Numbered from the stretch's first letter, positions 9,633-29,600 are shown. The stretch: DNA of 64,000 nt from Macrostomum lignano (GCA_002269645.1 NIVC01001532.1:1-64000); one strand, 5' to 3'. Notes: generated from the sequence alone by a model not told the origin. Program-made: numbers and translations.

Positions 9633-12600
9633 GTCTGTCACTGTCTGTCTGTCTGTCTCTCTGTCTGTCTGTCTGTCTGTCTGTGTCTGTCTGTCTGTCT
9701 GTCCTTCTCTCTGTCTGTCTGTCTGTCTGTCTGTCTGTGTCTGTCTGTCTGTGGATCCATCCATCTCTGAAACGAGAAGTAGAACTTGTTTACGATGACT
9801 ATAAGTGTAATTTATGTAATCCTACAGCTAAATTATCATCTTATCTAACTAAGGAATAAAAGTTATCTATCTCAACCGCCTACAGATAGCGCAGAAATCC
9901 TGCTCAGCTTCGCCCGCTTCATCACAGCCTATTTCGACGATCCTCGTATAGTGAGCTCGGAGACTCGCGAACTGTTCCTGTCTAATCTGGTTGTGCTCAC
10001 CTGCGAGCCTGACTTCATCGAGGCGCTACAAAGATTCAGCCAGGATGAAGCGGCTTCCCTAGTAAAGTCTTTGTTGCTACCGGCTTCGTCAGATTCCGGC
10101 TATAGCAGGCGCTGGTTTCTCACTAATCGAGTCCTGGTTCGATTCTGGAAAGGCGACGGGTTCGCGTTTCGGTACGCCGAAGAGCCAGACGACTTGGCTG
10201 ACGCTTCCGGCGAGGCTGGCAGCGCCGGCGGCAGCGGCGGTGGTGGCGACCTGATGAAGCAGCTGGCTGCCAATCGGTTGTTTAATACGACTCCGACTCC
10301 GAAGAGCTTTGATTTAGGTGAGTTTTTGGTTTCTAGTGGGAGCCCAGGGATCCTTCATTTATTTTCTAGATGCTCAAACTGGTCCCAATTCTTCCCATTC
10401 CCAGATCTTCAGCTTGCTCCCATTTATTCCCATTCCGTGATCTTCAAACTGGTCCTAAATTCTTCTCATTGTCTGACCCTCTAACTAGTCTTCTAAACTC
10501 CCGAGACTCATCCTATTCCTAGATTCCTACTGATCCTATTCCCAGATTCCCAGTAGACTGATCCTATTCCCAGATCCCCAAACTGATCCTATTCCCAGAT
10601 TCCCAGTAGACTGATCCTATTCCCAGATCCCCAAACTGATCCTATTCCCAGATCCCCAATTTTATCCTATTCCCAGATTCCCAAACTGATCCTATTCCCA
10701 GATCCCCAATTTTATCCTATTCCCAGATCCCCAAACTGATCCTATTCCCAGATCCCCAAACTGATCCTATTCCCAGATCCTCAAACTGATCCTATTCCCA
10801 GATCCTCAAACTGATCCTATTCCCAGATCCCCAAACTGATCCTATTCCCAGATCCCCAAACTGATCCTATTCCCAGATCCCCAAACTGATCCTATTCCCA
10901 GATCCTCAAACTGATCCTATTCCTAGATTCCCTAGGACTCATCCTATTCCCAGATCCCTAGACTGATCTTATTCCCACATCCCAAATCTGATCCTATTCC
11001 CAGATTCTCGAACTGATCCTATTCCCAGATCCCTAATATGATCCTATTCCCAGTTACCCAAACTGATCCTATTCCCAGACCCCAATTTGATCCTATTCCC
11101 AGATCCCTAATATGATCCTATTCCCAGATCCCCTAACTGATCCTATTCCCAGATTCCCGAACTGATCCTATGTTTAAATCCCTTCACCATTCTAAGATCT
11201 TTAGGTTTGCTAATTTTTCTTTCCACCTCCAAGTTATTAGGTTGAGTCGTTTCTCCCATTGCAGACCCGTATCCTTCGGCATTTTATCAGCGCCAAATCC
11301 GCGCCCTCCTGGTCTCCGACCCGGCATTGCAACGTCAAATTGTCGATTTCCTGCTTAACAAGCTCAATCTGAGCTTCTCAGACTACCTGTCTGTGTCGCA
11401 GGACAGCCGGAATGCCGCCTCAGCCGCCGGAGCCGCCATCAGCAGTCGGCGAGCCAAAGTGCTGTCTGGCTTCCTCGACATGACAGTCGTGCTGGTCCGG
11501 GCGCTCGAGATGGTGGCGCATTTAACGCCTGAGTTCTTTGTGCAACCAACTTCTAGCTTGTTTTTGAGCCGGCTGAGCCAGGTAGCTTACTGGAAGCTTT
11601 CGCTATGTTGCTATGGAAGGTGCAATCTGTGCTGCTATGGGAGATGGGATCTGTGTTTCTGTGGGAACAGAAGATGGGATTCGTGTTGTTATGGGAGATG
11701 GGATCTGTGTTGCCATGGGAGATGGGATCTGTGCTGCTATGGGAGATGGGATCTGTGTTGCCATGGGAGATGGGATCTGTGTTGCCATGGGAGATGGGAT
11801 CTGTGTTGCCATGGAAACGGAATATGGGATATGTGTTGCTATGGGAACGGGAGATGGGCTGTGTTGCTATGGGAACGGGAGATGGGCTGTGTTGCTATGG
11901 GAACGGGAGATGGGCTGTGTTGCTATGGGAACGGGAGATGGGATCTGTGTTGCTACGGGAATGGGGGATGGAATCGCTGTTGCTATGGGAGATGGGAACT
12001 GTGTTGCTATGGTAATGGAAGATGGGATCTGTGTTGCTGTAGGAACGGGAGATGGGATTTGTGTTGCTATGGGAACGGGGGATGGAATCTGTTTTTATGG
12101 TAGATGAAATCTTGTTGCTACGGGAACAGGAGATGGGATCTGTTGCTATGGGAGATTAGAAATTTAGTCTATTACTAAGTTTTCAAGTCCCAAGGTAAAA
12201 TTAGGTGATTGGGGTCTGTTGCTATGGTGTGAGAATGGGATCTGTTGCTAGGCTTTTAGAAAGAAATCGGCTGCTAGATAATGCGGCAAATAAATAAGAG
12301 TTTACTTGATTTGGCAAGTCTCATTCATTCGCACACAACTAAGCAATGGAAATCCCCCCTACACAACCGCAGGTTGCTGGCCAGATCATGCTCCGATTGC
12401 CAAGCATCTGTGGCGCCACTGGCCTGTTCCCCCTGCTAGCGGGCGTCTGCGGCCTTCTCCGCGAGCTCACGGCCGGTTCAGGGTCAGCCTCATCAGCGGC
12501 AACCCGCCGACAGACTGTATTGAGCAGTTTAAAAAGCGAAGCGTGTTTAAATTCGCGCACACTGACTAAAGTGTACGAAGTTTTAGCCGCCTATGCTACT

Positions 12601-12888
12601 AAGGGTGACGAAGAAGGTCTGGTCACCTCAGCGGAGCTGGAATTTGTCAAACAACTCGGCGAAGATCTGGACAGCCTAGTTGAAGACTCAGAGTTGACCG
12701 GCTGCTCAGAGGACGATCTGTGTCCAATCTGCTACGCGCACAAGCTCAGCGTAGTGTTCAAACCGTGCGGCCACCGCTCCTGCGGCTCCTGCATCGCGTT
12801 GCAGCTTAGCAACAAACGAGAATGCTTCTTCTGTAAGGCGGCCGTGAAAAAAGTTGAAGATTTCTCTGGCAATCAGATTAAAATGTAG
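2366..12888 (+). CDS. RNF123: E3 ubiquitin ligase RNF123/KPC1 orthologue, 5'-incomplete. Exons: 2366-2559, 3256-3397, 3435-3599 (split by a putative 37-nt intron or a frameshift), 4578-4706, 5329-5574, ~6153/6179-6502, 7274-7609, 8793-9534, 9886-10317, 11265-11581, 12373-12888
   Basis: C-terminal half of the SPRY domain ([27 protein letters not shown]...YFPALS...NFG), conserved RNF123 blocks ([37 protein letters not shown]) and a terminal C3HC4 RING (CPICYAH...[10 protein letters not shown]...CFFC). GT-AG junction phases were checked by hand and are consistent except at two flagged points. Confidence 0.93.
2690..3205. repeat. ~57-nt minisatellite, ~9 copies, each containing TACTAAC
   Basis: Unit GAGTATCGGGTATTTAAT[T/C]ACCAGCAATCTAATCTTCTTACTACTAACAGTAGTTT. 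Confidence 0.95.
3690..4330. repeat. 30-nt minisatellite, ~21 copies
   Basis: Unit GAGAGAATCTCGCCCTACTAATCCGCTCAT. Confidence 0.95.
4380..4495 (+). ncRNA. Candidate intronic box C/D snoRNA, copy 2 (paralogue of copy 1)
   Basis: 30 nt identical to copy 1 (ACATGATGAGAATTGTCTCGTTCGTTTGAA, 4381-4410); conserved C'-like GCT[A/G]TTGATATCAA; D box CTGA 4488-4491; 86 nt upstream of the 3' splice site; intervening sequence diverged. Confidence 0.7.
4780..5235. repeat. 22-23-nt minisatellite
   Basis: Unit CTATGAGATTCGTCCTCTAGCCA. Confidence 0.93.
5781..5948. mobile_element. MITE-like foldback element with possible 8-bp TSD (CCTAGGTC)
   Basis: Arms 5800-5848 and 5887-5931 are near-perfect reverse complements; CCTAGGTC at 5773-5780 and 5949-5956. 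Confidence 0.6.
6610..7145. repeat. 24-25-nt minisatellite carrying B-box motifs on the minus strand
   Basis: Unit GAGATTCGAACCCCAGACCTTCATA. Confidence 0.93.
7700..8760. repeat. 28-nt minisatellite, ~38 copies
   Basis: Unit CAGTTGCTGG[A/G]CCAGCCTCCCAGA(GTGT/TCCT). Confidence 0.95.
9539..9755. repeat. (TCTG)n microsatellite directly after a splice donor
   Basis: Direct inspection. Confidence 0.95.
10510..11170. repeat. 25-nt minisatellite
   Basis: Unit ACTGATCCTATTCCCAGATCCCCAA. Confidence 0.93.
11600..12250. repeat. 24/28-nt minisatellite containing X-box-like motifs
   Basis: Units GGGAGATGGGATCTGTGTTGC[C/T]AT and GTTGCTATGGGAACGGGAGATGGGCTGT. Confidence 0.92.
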
Positions 12889-13107
12889 ATTGATTGAGTT
12901 GGCTTTTGTAAGTGTCTGATATCGATTTTTTGACTCTTGTTGACTGCCTCTTTTGATTGTATTTTATAATAGCTTGTACAAGGGCTGATTGTTGGGATAG
13001 TGGCTCTGAGGCGACTGTTGAGTCACGTCAGTTGTAAAATCTTTCATCCAGAAGTCGTGTTGACGCTTAACTTCCAACTAACTCAAGTAATCATGACGTA
13101 TAATAAT

Positions 13108-13345
13108 GTAGCCTAGTGCTTAGAGCTTCGGACTCACAACTTGAAGGTCGGGGGTTCGATTCCCGATATCACCACCGGAAAAATTTTTGTCTTTGAGAAA
13201 GACACTTAAAACTTAAAATGGGTGCCAGCGTTAGCTGGGGTAGTTGAGGGTGTGTGGCGCCCCCCCCCCCCCAGTCCATGGACTGAACAGCCGTACGCAG
13301 CCTTCAGATGCGCCGCGCAATAGCTGCGGCTGAGCTGTCGGTTGC
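13108..13345 (+). mobile_element. tRNA-derived CORE-type SINE, copy 1
   Basis: A-box-like TAGCCTAGTGC and B-box GGTTCGATTCC head, then a CORE-like block (GTCTTTGAGAAAGACACTTAA...AAAATGGGTGCCAGC); homologous to 56122-56366. Confidence 0.8.
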
Positions 13346-14047
13346 ACATCTGGCCCAATTGGAGCAGGTGTAATCGGTTACTAACTGAAGTAGACTAAAA
13401 AGAGTTCTTACTGAACTGTTAATGCGAAATGCGATTCTGAATTCATTAAGTGACGCAGATGCAACTCAGTGACTCTACAATGACTCCAGCAGGCCTCGGA
13501 TACGACTCTACGGCCCCTACGGCTTAGTAGGCCACAATTTGCTACATTTAGATACAGCTGTAACCAGGGTAGGCCTCTCTATAACTATCCCATCACTTAG
13601 CAGCCGCTGTACGAGCTTATTATAGTTGCTATTGATGATATTATCATTATGAATAGTTTCTTAGCCAACCAACTGATGTTTTTTGACTATCTTGACCACT
13701 TCTCATGGATAATCGTGTGTGTGTGTGTGTATGTGTCTTTACTTTGATTGTGGCCTACTAAACATTTGTTATAATCAGTGTTGTTTAAATGTATTTTCCA
13801 TTTTTTATTGCACACTTTTCATATGCAATCCCAGAAGATGTACAGAGCACCCTCTTTCGTGTAATCATAATATCCAGATCTACCTGTCAGCTGTACGAGC
13901 TATCGACTTGTTTGAATTCTCTAATTGAGCTAAGTATTTTTGTGATTTTCAATTTTTTGTATCTGTAATTTTTATGACCCAGTTTTATTCCTCTTCTGTC
14001 TGTTACCAGCTAAGCTGAGTCTGTGTGTTATATGTGGTTTAAAAATG

Positions 14048-14996
14048 TCTGACTGACTGACTGACTGACTGACTGACTGACTGACTGACTGACTGACTGA
14101 CTGACTGACTGACTGACTGACTGACTGACTGACTGACTGACTGACTGGCTTGAGTGAGTGGGTGACTGACTGAATGACTGACTGACTGACTGACTGACTG
14201 ACTGACTGACTGACTGACTGACTGACTGACTGACTGACTGAATGACTGACTGACTGACTGACTGACTGACTGACTGACTGAATGACTGACTGGCTTGAGT
14301 GAGTGGGTGACTGACTGAATGACTGACTGACTGACTGACTGACTGACTGACTGACTGACTTGAGTGAGTGGGTGACTGACTGAATGACTGACTGACTGAC
14401 TGACTGACTGACTGACTGACTGACTGACTGACTGACTGACTGACTGACTGACTGACTGACTGACTGACTGAATGACTGACTGGCTGACTGACTGACTTGA
14501 GTGAGTGGGTGACTGACTGAATGACTGACTGACTGACTGACTGACTGACTGACTGACTGACTGACTGACTGACTGACTGACTGACTGACTGACTGACTGA
14601 CTGACTGACTGACTGACTGACTGACTGACTGACTGACTGACTGACTGACTGACTGACTGACTGACTGACTGACTGACTGACTGACTGACTGACTGACTGA
14701 CTGACTGACTGACTGACTTGAGTGAGTGGGTGACTGACTGAATGACTGACTGACTGACTGACTGACTGACTGACTGACTGACTGACTGACTGACTGACTG
14801 ACTGACTGACTGACTGACTGACTGACTGACTGACTGACTGACTGACTGACTGACTGACTGACTGACTGACTGACTGACTGACTGACTGACTGACTGACTG
14901 ACTGACTGACTGACTGACTGACTGACTGACTGACTGACTGACTGACTGACTGACTGACTGACTGACTGACTGACTGACTGACTGACTGACTGACTG
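14048..14996. repeat. (GACT)n microsatellite with recurring interruptions
   Basis: Direct inspection. Confidence 0.97.
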
Positions 14997-17900
14997 TCTT
15001 GCTGTCCATCCGTTACTATTGGCGCCTTTCCGTACTACTTACTATTTACGATTATTAAGAATAATAATGATAGCTTTGTAAATTTTCTCTTATTATATTA
15101 TCCTGTGTAGTGTGTATATTAGTTGAACTAATTGTGTTTTCATCTTAAACTAAAAAAAACAAATCAGGATTAAAAGGCTTATATAGATTTTCTTGGTCTT
15201 TGATGTTGATTATCTGTCCTCGCGTACACCACCAGTCATGATACATTTTTCATGCGCTATAAAGAATCTTGATTAGCTGTAGCTTTTTACTGTTGCTATT
15301 CCGTATATACTTGTACTAAATGCTTTTTACTCTAGAGCACTCAAGCTGAATTAGCTGTACGTACAATAAGCTAATATTGCCACCATATTTCCTTTCTTTC
15401 TCTGCGATAAATATATCGTGTGCATAAGAGCATAAAATCTATTTAATAATCAGCACCCGCTATGCACGGTGTAGTTGGTGTTCAGTTTTACTACTAGTTT
15501 TACTAATATCAAACATTTCGGGTTGTTTTTGTTGATCTATTCCTTTAATTAGTAGCTATAGCAAAAATACAGGTCTGATTTGAATAACTGCACAGTAGCT
15601 ATCTAGAACGTTGATCGATATCTAATTGTAGGAGCAATGCCTTGAATGATTCCCACAGGCCGAGGTTTTTTGCTGGTGCCTAATCTTCTGCAGATCCCTG
15701 TTCCTTGGTGTCCATGCGCCTAGTTCAGGACGCAACTTATAGAGCTGCTGGAGGTTCGATGAATATTGCTCTTTCCAAGCCACCCTATTCGAGCGCTGCC
15801 GCCGTGCCCTAGACGACAAGAGGAACGAAGAGCAGAATAACTAATAATAGTGAAGCTGAAAAAAGAGCAAGTGAAGAGATTTCACGCATCGAACAGAAGA
15901 TGGAAGCAACAATACGAGCACTTTTGGCGGAGACTGAAGCTTCATAATTAATTCCTGTCCGGGAGCTGCGCAAATAGTCTCGGAAAAAAATGAACAGAGC
16001 AAGCTGAACTAAGCTGAGCTTAGATGAGCTTACTTTTTGTGCTCTTACAACTACACTAACTTTTAACTATTTTAAAAGCGTTAAACAAGAGTGTTTTTTA
16101 ACATGTGCTGATCGTCACGAAGTCCAATTGTTAGTTTTTTATATGAAAATGAGAAATTATAACTGGAAACTGTTAATCTAACCTGAAAATAGTCTAGACG
16201 CAACACGAAAAAAATTCTTGAAAACCTGGATATAGAAACTAAATACATGGCGCGGACACCCTGAGGCTGCGGCCTGTGTAATCGATCGTCCAGTATATTC
16301 ATGTACGAGCTCGTAGAACACATACGAACAGTCGGGGAGTTATTGAATTTTATTGTATTCTTGAGTTTCAATTTGAAGATTTTTGGTATGATGATTTTGC
16401 TGTGTTTTTGAGTTCAATGCTTATTTGAACTAAAATATTCCTAAACTAATGGTGTCTTTTGTTTATGAGTTTTGTCACCTTTTGTTATAGTGAATATTGT
16501 TTCGTAAGTTTAAAAACAGCACAGGTCCACCGAGAATTATCGCGTCGTCATCATCGCACGAAGCATATGATATACATCGTAGCTTTTTTAAAAACAGCAA
16601 AATTAGACAGTATTGCAAGTATATAATACAAAAGGCCTATAGAATATATAATATACGAAGTCTTAATATACTGGTCAGGATACAAAACAAAACATGTGAC
16701 AAGTAATGCAAATGCAGATCGTTAAACTATGAATATTTTTTATTCATAGTTTGTAACTATGGATATAATATTTTGTATAATTTTTATCATAAATTTTGTC
16801 CTTTATTCAATACTAAACCTAGTAGGGCCTACTTGAATCTATTTAGTAACTCTATAATTGATAATAAAAAAATTGAAGTGGCTGCAATAATAACAATGTC
16901 AATATTAATCATTTTTATTGAGCCTAGATATATTAGCTATTCATTAATTATATTACTACCAGGCCAGGTTGTGGGGTAGGCTCTAGAGGAAGTACTGTTA
17001 TTGCTATTGTATCTATGTCTACTATATTATTGGTTAAATTGCAATTTGTCTTAGTAATAAGTTGGCCTGCCGCCTATGGCCTTAGCCTTAGGGCTAGGCC
17101 TAATCTATTATAATTTATAAGGCTAAAATCAAAGAATATAAGACCTATACTATAATATAGTAAAGTTATATTATTTGAAACTTTTTAATTTAATTTTAAA
17201 TTTAGCTTTATACCATTGTGCTTATTTTTTCTAGCCTAGTATTTAATTGTAAATATTAATAGGCTATATATCTAGACCCAAAATTGAATTGATAAGTCAA
17301 ATAATTCAAATTTTAGATTTCTAGCCTAGGCCCTAGCCATTCTACGCCATAGTCAAAAGTTAGGATCATGTTATATCTATGTACCAAAAGTTACCTAATA
17401 ATATTTTTGATTTTGCAATAACACTAGGTATACTAGACAGAATGCACTAATGCACTGGGTTATACCTGTGGTAGGTCTAAAATCTCCTAGCCTTTGGCTT
17501 TAGCTTATTCCAGCATAGATACAACCATTTAGCTAAAAAATTACTAAAAATTTTTTAATTTTTTTTTTAATTTATTTTATTATCTTATTTTTAAATAAAA
17601 CAGTTATCCTTTATGTCCTTTATCCTTTAAAGGCAAACAGTCACCCCTCTACCCCTATACTCCTCTCTCTCGAGAGCGTACAACCCCTTCCCTTTCTGGC
17701 GAATTGCAACCCCCCTTTTCATCCCAAGCCGAATAGGCGTACAGCCTCTCCCTACTCCCAGACCCCTTAGTTTGATCCGGCGATCAGCCAACTCCCCAAC
17801 CAGGCTCCCTGTTTGCCCTGGCTTTAACTCCCACATCAGGCATACTGCCTCTTTATCCCACTAGGCCTATTGCCTAAGTTATCTATCTACTTCCCACATC

Positions 17901-19364
17901 AGGCATATTGCCTCCTTACTAAGGCTAAAATTCTAGCCTTCCTTCATTCCCGGATTAAGCATATTGCCTTCTTAATTCCCCATCTGGATACCCCCTGATG
18001 CCAAGCATTCCCCGCTAAATATTAGAGTTCCCCAGTGCACTAATTTCCTCAGGCAACTCAAGTCCACCGCGAAGCCCTTAATCACCCCCTCCCCCACCAA
18101 AATAGTCAGACTAAATAAAAAAAATTAGTGTCTTGCCGCTCGGACACACCACGCCACTAAGAGCAACCTACGGCTTACTCCTGTTAGTAGTATAAATTGC
18201 GCAGTTCCCCTCGAGTTCTAAGAAAACCCCAAAAATTCCCAATAACCCCTGACCCCTTCTACGACAAATTGATAGCTAAGTGGTGGGATTTCAGTGAAAA
18301 GAAAACAACCCTACAAAATATGTAAATAACAAATTATAATATATTTGCAAAATAATTATTAAAGTATATATTTATGTTTATGACTTTACGCTAGATATAT
18401 AATTTTTTATTTTTCAAATTTTTAAAATTTAAAAAATTTCAATATATAGAAGTGATTTCTTCTGTTTGTACAAACTATACTAGTGTCTTCTAGATCCAGA
18501 ATAAGTTCCATATAATGCATGCTAAATATCAAAATTCATATATGCCATGGCCTAGAGGACTAAAAAATTGGTGCACTAGCTATCACAAATATATGCCTGA
18601 AATTTCTGGCACAATGTGATCTTTAATGTGGTAGCCATTTCATTTTTATGTTGTTTTTGGTTTAGCCCTAAGCTAAATGCAAGCATTGGAAATCTAATTT
18701 ATAAAGACAGCTGATTTAGATAAAAAATGCTTTAGAATCTTGTTAATATTATATATGTTCTTTATTAATTAATTAGGATATCTTAAAAAATAGGTTTGGA
18801 TATACTATCGTTTTCTACAAATATTCATATAAATAATCCTAATTCTTCATATATATTCTATGACATTGACATGTTATCTTTTAATCTATATAACTAAAGC
18901 TGCCCTGTTTTTATATCCTAAACTTTCGACTAGGGGGGCCTAAGGTTTACTGTAGACATAGCTTAAAGCTAAAAGTCTAATATAGGTAGGTCTAGATTTC
19001 TAGATTTAGGCTCCAACTATTTCTAGTTACAAATACTTAAAGATAACTAGGCTTGATTAAAACTTTTCTTTTCTGAAATCAAATTGTAATGTCAACACAC
19101 TATAATGGCTTTTAGTATTGCTGGCTTGAGAGAAGCATTTAAACAGCAATATTCAAGTAAGATTTTTGTATCTTTAATTGATTACTAGTTTTAAATTAAT
19201 TCCATTTTGAGCCAACAAAAATTTAAAAAAATTATTTAAAAAGACATTTTCTTTTTGTGCATTAGTCTCCACCTTGATAATTGGAATTCAGTTTTTCAGA
19301 ATTAGAATTCAGTTTTTTTCAGAATCAAAACTGATTGTCACAGTATTTAGATCAAAGATTTCAT

Positions 19365-19466
19365 ACTCTTACTCAAGGACACAAATTGATTCACTGGAAT
19401 TGGAAATCGAATCGAACCCCCGACCTTCAAGTTTTAAGTTCAACACTCCAACCAGTAGGCTACAAT
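19365..19466 (-). mobile_element. Same SINE family, 3'-truncated copy 2
   Basis: Minus strand reads GTAGCCTACTGG...TTGAAGGTCGGGGGTTCGATTC...TTTGTGTCCTTGAG. Confidence 0.72.
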
Positions 19467-19509
19467 CCCCGTTGGGGTGGGAGTGTAGGGTGTACAAGAG
19501 TTAACCTAA

Positions 19510-25739
<6,230 letters not shown>

Positions 25740-26614
25740 CTGCAATTTTTTTCTTCAAAATCTATTATGCTAAGTTGTATACTTTCAGCTTCCTTCAATC
25801 CCAATTTACCCTAATGTTTGACTTTTTGTCAGTCCTAGATTGTAAATAATATTTTTTTTGTTTTCTTTCACAAAATTTTATTAAATACTATTGCGATATT
25901 ACACTTACCGATATAATGCAAAATTAGTTCAAGCTTTCAATCAATTTCTATTTTATAATATACCAGCTAAGATTCGATTCTCGATTTTTACAGCCTTCTT
26001 CATCTACTTGTCATAAAAATATTTTAATGTTTAATATAGCTACCTATTTGATTGTAAATAATGGTGGTTAATGTAAATAGAACTTATTACTTTTGCTTTC
26101 TGCAATTTAATTAATATTTATCCTGGCTTTCGTTTAATTTTAAGATCGCGCCAATTTTGTTTTGAATAGTTATTTTAAGAATTTTTAAAACGCATTTTCA
26201 TTCTATTTTAATTATAGACTATAGAATTTTAACACTTTGATTTTTATACGAATTATTATGTGTATAATTTAAGCCTACAAATGTACCTTCCCTCGTGTTG
26301 AGAATTTCTAAATGCAATTGTTGGTTTATAAAGGTGTAAAATTATCTGTGTCAAATAAACCAAATTAAAAAAGCTAAGTTGGTTGCGCCTATTTTGTAAG
26401 TTGCTTTTTGCTTTAAAATAACTTTTTTAGTTTCAATACCTTTCTGTCTATTTTAAGTAGCTGACATAGGATTTTGTTATTAATCGAGAAAAACTAGAAA
26501 AGCTTTCAATAAAGATTTTTTTATTGCGTGAGTTGTCTCTCAACTATTAAGTCGACTTATTGTGTACTTTTTACAGCGACTTCGCCAAGTATAACTAAAA
26601 TTAATAATTGAAAA

Positions 26615-29600
26615 ATGCCATCGAATCGAACATTCGGTCGGCAGCAGCGAATTCAGGTAACAGAAGAGGTCAGAATTGCGGTTGCAATCGCTTTGAATCG
26701 ATTGTTACAACAGGCTAGCGGAGAGTACACGTTTCCATCGTCGTTTACCACTAATGAACGGGCCTACGTGCACAGCGAGGCGTTGGCCTTGGGATTGAAA
26801 TCCCGTTCTCGCGGTCGAGGCAATTCTCGTCGGGTAACGGTTACTAAGCGACCAGTTGAATTAGTGGAGATGCAACGTGTGACGTTTGCGCTGTCTTGGA
26901 ATTCTTGTCGAGCTGTAGCTCAGATGTCTCAGCATTGTCCGCTGACTGATAAGGAGAGAGCAGATTTAATGCCGCGAACTGACAAGTCGCAGGGACAGCT
27001 GAGGAATCTACAGTTCACTACTGGTCGACTAATGGGCATTGTGCCTCAGGTGGGTGGACTGGGATGGTCTGTGTTTAGTTCAGACTGTCTTGCCAAACAG
27101 GCGCCAAAGTAATTCACGGACAGGTAGACGCTGAAAACAATCAGATAGATTGGTTGAAGGCACTGATGATGCAGGAGACACTAAATACAAAAAGGTTGAC
27201 CTGTTTGTATTTACACAGGCACAGGTACAAGCACTAGAGAGACAGGCAGATCGACCTACAGACACAGGTACAAGCACTAGAGACAGGCAGATCGACCTAC
27301 AGACAGGTACAAGCACTAGAGACAGGCAGATCGACCTACAGACAGGTACAAGCACTAGAGAGACAGGCAGATCGACCTACAGACACAGGTACAAGCACTA
27401 GAGACAGGCAGATCGACCTACTGACACAGGTACAAGCACTAGAGACAGGCAGATCGACCTACAGACACAGGTACAAGCACTATAAAGACTGCAGGCAGGT
27501 TGACCGGCAGACAGGTGCAACAAGCACTAAAGAGGTCGACCTACAGACGCAGGTACAAGCACCAAAGACAGGCAGGTTGACCGGCAGACACTAAAGATTA
27601 AAAACAAAGGACAAACAGATGCAGACACCATAGACAAAAACAATATGCACATGGACTCACTGACTCAGCAACATGTCAAACTTTCCACACCGATAGATAT
27701 CGTACGAGTATATCGGGCACAAAAACGAATAATGGTGGCATACTCGTATACTGTAGTGTAAACTAATAGGCGCTGACATAATTTAATGATGATAACAAGT
27801 TTTTTTTAAATCCGTTGCCCATATTTAGGTGCCGCAGCCTCGCCGTCCAACTGAACTATCTAAGTCTGCTCAACAGCTGCCAGTGTGGGAGCGACGCGAC
27901 GAAATTGTTAAACTAATTAACGAACGCCAGGTAGTGCTAATTAGCGGCGATCCTGGCACCGGAAAGACTACTCAGGTAATTGGGCTACTAGCTTTAAATT
28001 GCTCTGATTCATCGTCCTTACTGTATCAGGTGTTTTAATATGGATAATTAGATTGATTACATACCCCATCGCCTATCAGGTGTTTTTAAGTATGACTTAT
28101 TAGACTACTTATATACCCCATCGCTTATCAGGTGTTTTTAATTATGGCTAATTAGACTCCTTGCCCCATCGCTTATCAGGTGTTTTTAATTATGGCTAAT
28201 TAGACTCCTTACATGCCCCATCGCTTATCAGGTGTTTTTAATTATGGCTCCTTCCCTAACCGGCTGGGTCCTGGGCATTTTAATTATGATTGCCTACTTT
28301 CCAACTGTTAATTAAATTAATTAACACCCTATCTACATTTCTCCCCCCCGTTTCCCAGGTGCCACAGATGATACTGGACGACTGCGCCGCCAAGGGTCGC
28401 AAATGCCGCATCGTGTGCGCCCAACCCAGACGTTTAGCCGCCGTATCTAACGCCGAACGAGTTGCCGCTGAACTAGGCGAAAAAGTTGGCGAAACAGTTG
28501 GCTTTCATATTCGCTTAGAGTCTAAAGTGTCGCCTAAGACCACTCTGCTAGCATTTTGCACCAACGGTGTTTTGCTGCGCACCTTGTCAGCTGATCCGCA
28601 CCGAAGCTTCGTTCATCAAACTACTCACGTGATTATTGATGAAATACACGAACGAGATAGACTGGCCGATTTTCTATTAGTCTGTCTACGCGATCTACTA
28701 GCGCAGCATCCTCATCTGCGCCTAATCCTGATGTCGGCTAACATGCAGACAGATTTATTTCAGTCATATTTTACCAACTGTCCGCTAGTGGCAGTACCCA
28801 ATCGTACGCACCCGGTGCAGGATTTCTATTTGAATGAGGTTAGTCTGCGCTAGTGAGCTTGTATTCATATACTTACGAGTACTTATGCTACTTTCAATTC
28901 AGTAGTATCCATTGTTAATTTTTCTAATTGGTGTTTTTTATTGTTAGTAGGCCCGTAGTGAACGAAGCAAGGATAAGTAGAAGTAGAGGTTTTTTATAGC
29001 ACTGGCTCTTAAACTTTTTCACTTGTTTGATCCGCAACTTTTATTGCCCTGTTTATATACGCTACGGCGTGATAAGATGTTGGCCAAGAGCGAGAGAGAT
29101 AAGGCGGTGCTGAGACCGTACAGCGAAATAGGAACAGCCAATCAGAGACAAGAGATAAGATAGAAGGGTGCCCAATTTTATTGCCTGTTAATTCTTTTAC
29201 CAAATAGCTAATGGGTGGGTGGGTGGGTGGCTTATGCTGGGGTTAGAGAAAAAGCGAATCAGCCAATCAGAGGCGAGTAATAAAATGAATGACTCGGGAG
29301 GCACAGCTGGTGGTCGAATTTATTTTGGCGCACTGGCGCTGGAGAGCTCCACGTTGCAATTTAACAAGTCTCGTCTGTCGTCACTACATGAGGGTGCTTG
29401 GCTAAAGAGGGGGGTGGATGATCGAGACTTAGTCGCTTAAGTCAATAAGTCTAGAGAAGAAATAACAGCAGAAGCCACGTATTAAACATTCGCCGACACT
29501 TATTCAGACACTTCTACAGACACTTTAGTTTCTGTCGTACGAATCGTAGGAACAAGCATTAAATTTGCTTATTCCTAACAAACTATCACAAAAATGCTTT

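Noticed and set aside
13108-13180. tRNA gene
   Set aside because: A/B boxes are present but no closing acceptor stem is evident; it continues into a CORE-like body shared with two other copies, so it is a SINE.
17620-18300. Mitochondrial insertion (NUMT)
   Set aside because: The skew is suggestive, but I could not recognise any mitochondrial protein, tRNA or rRNA motif.
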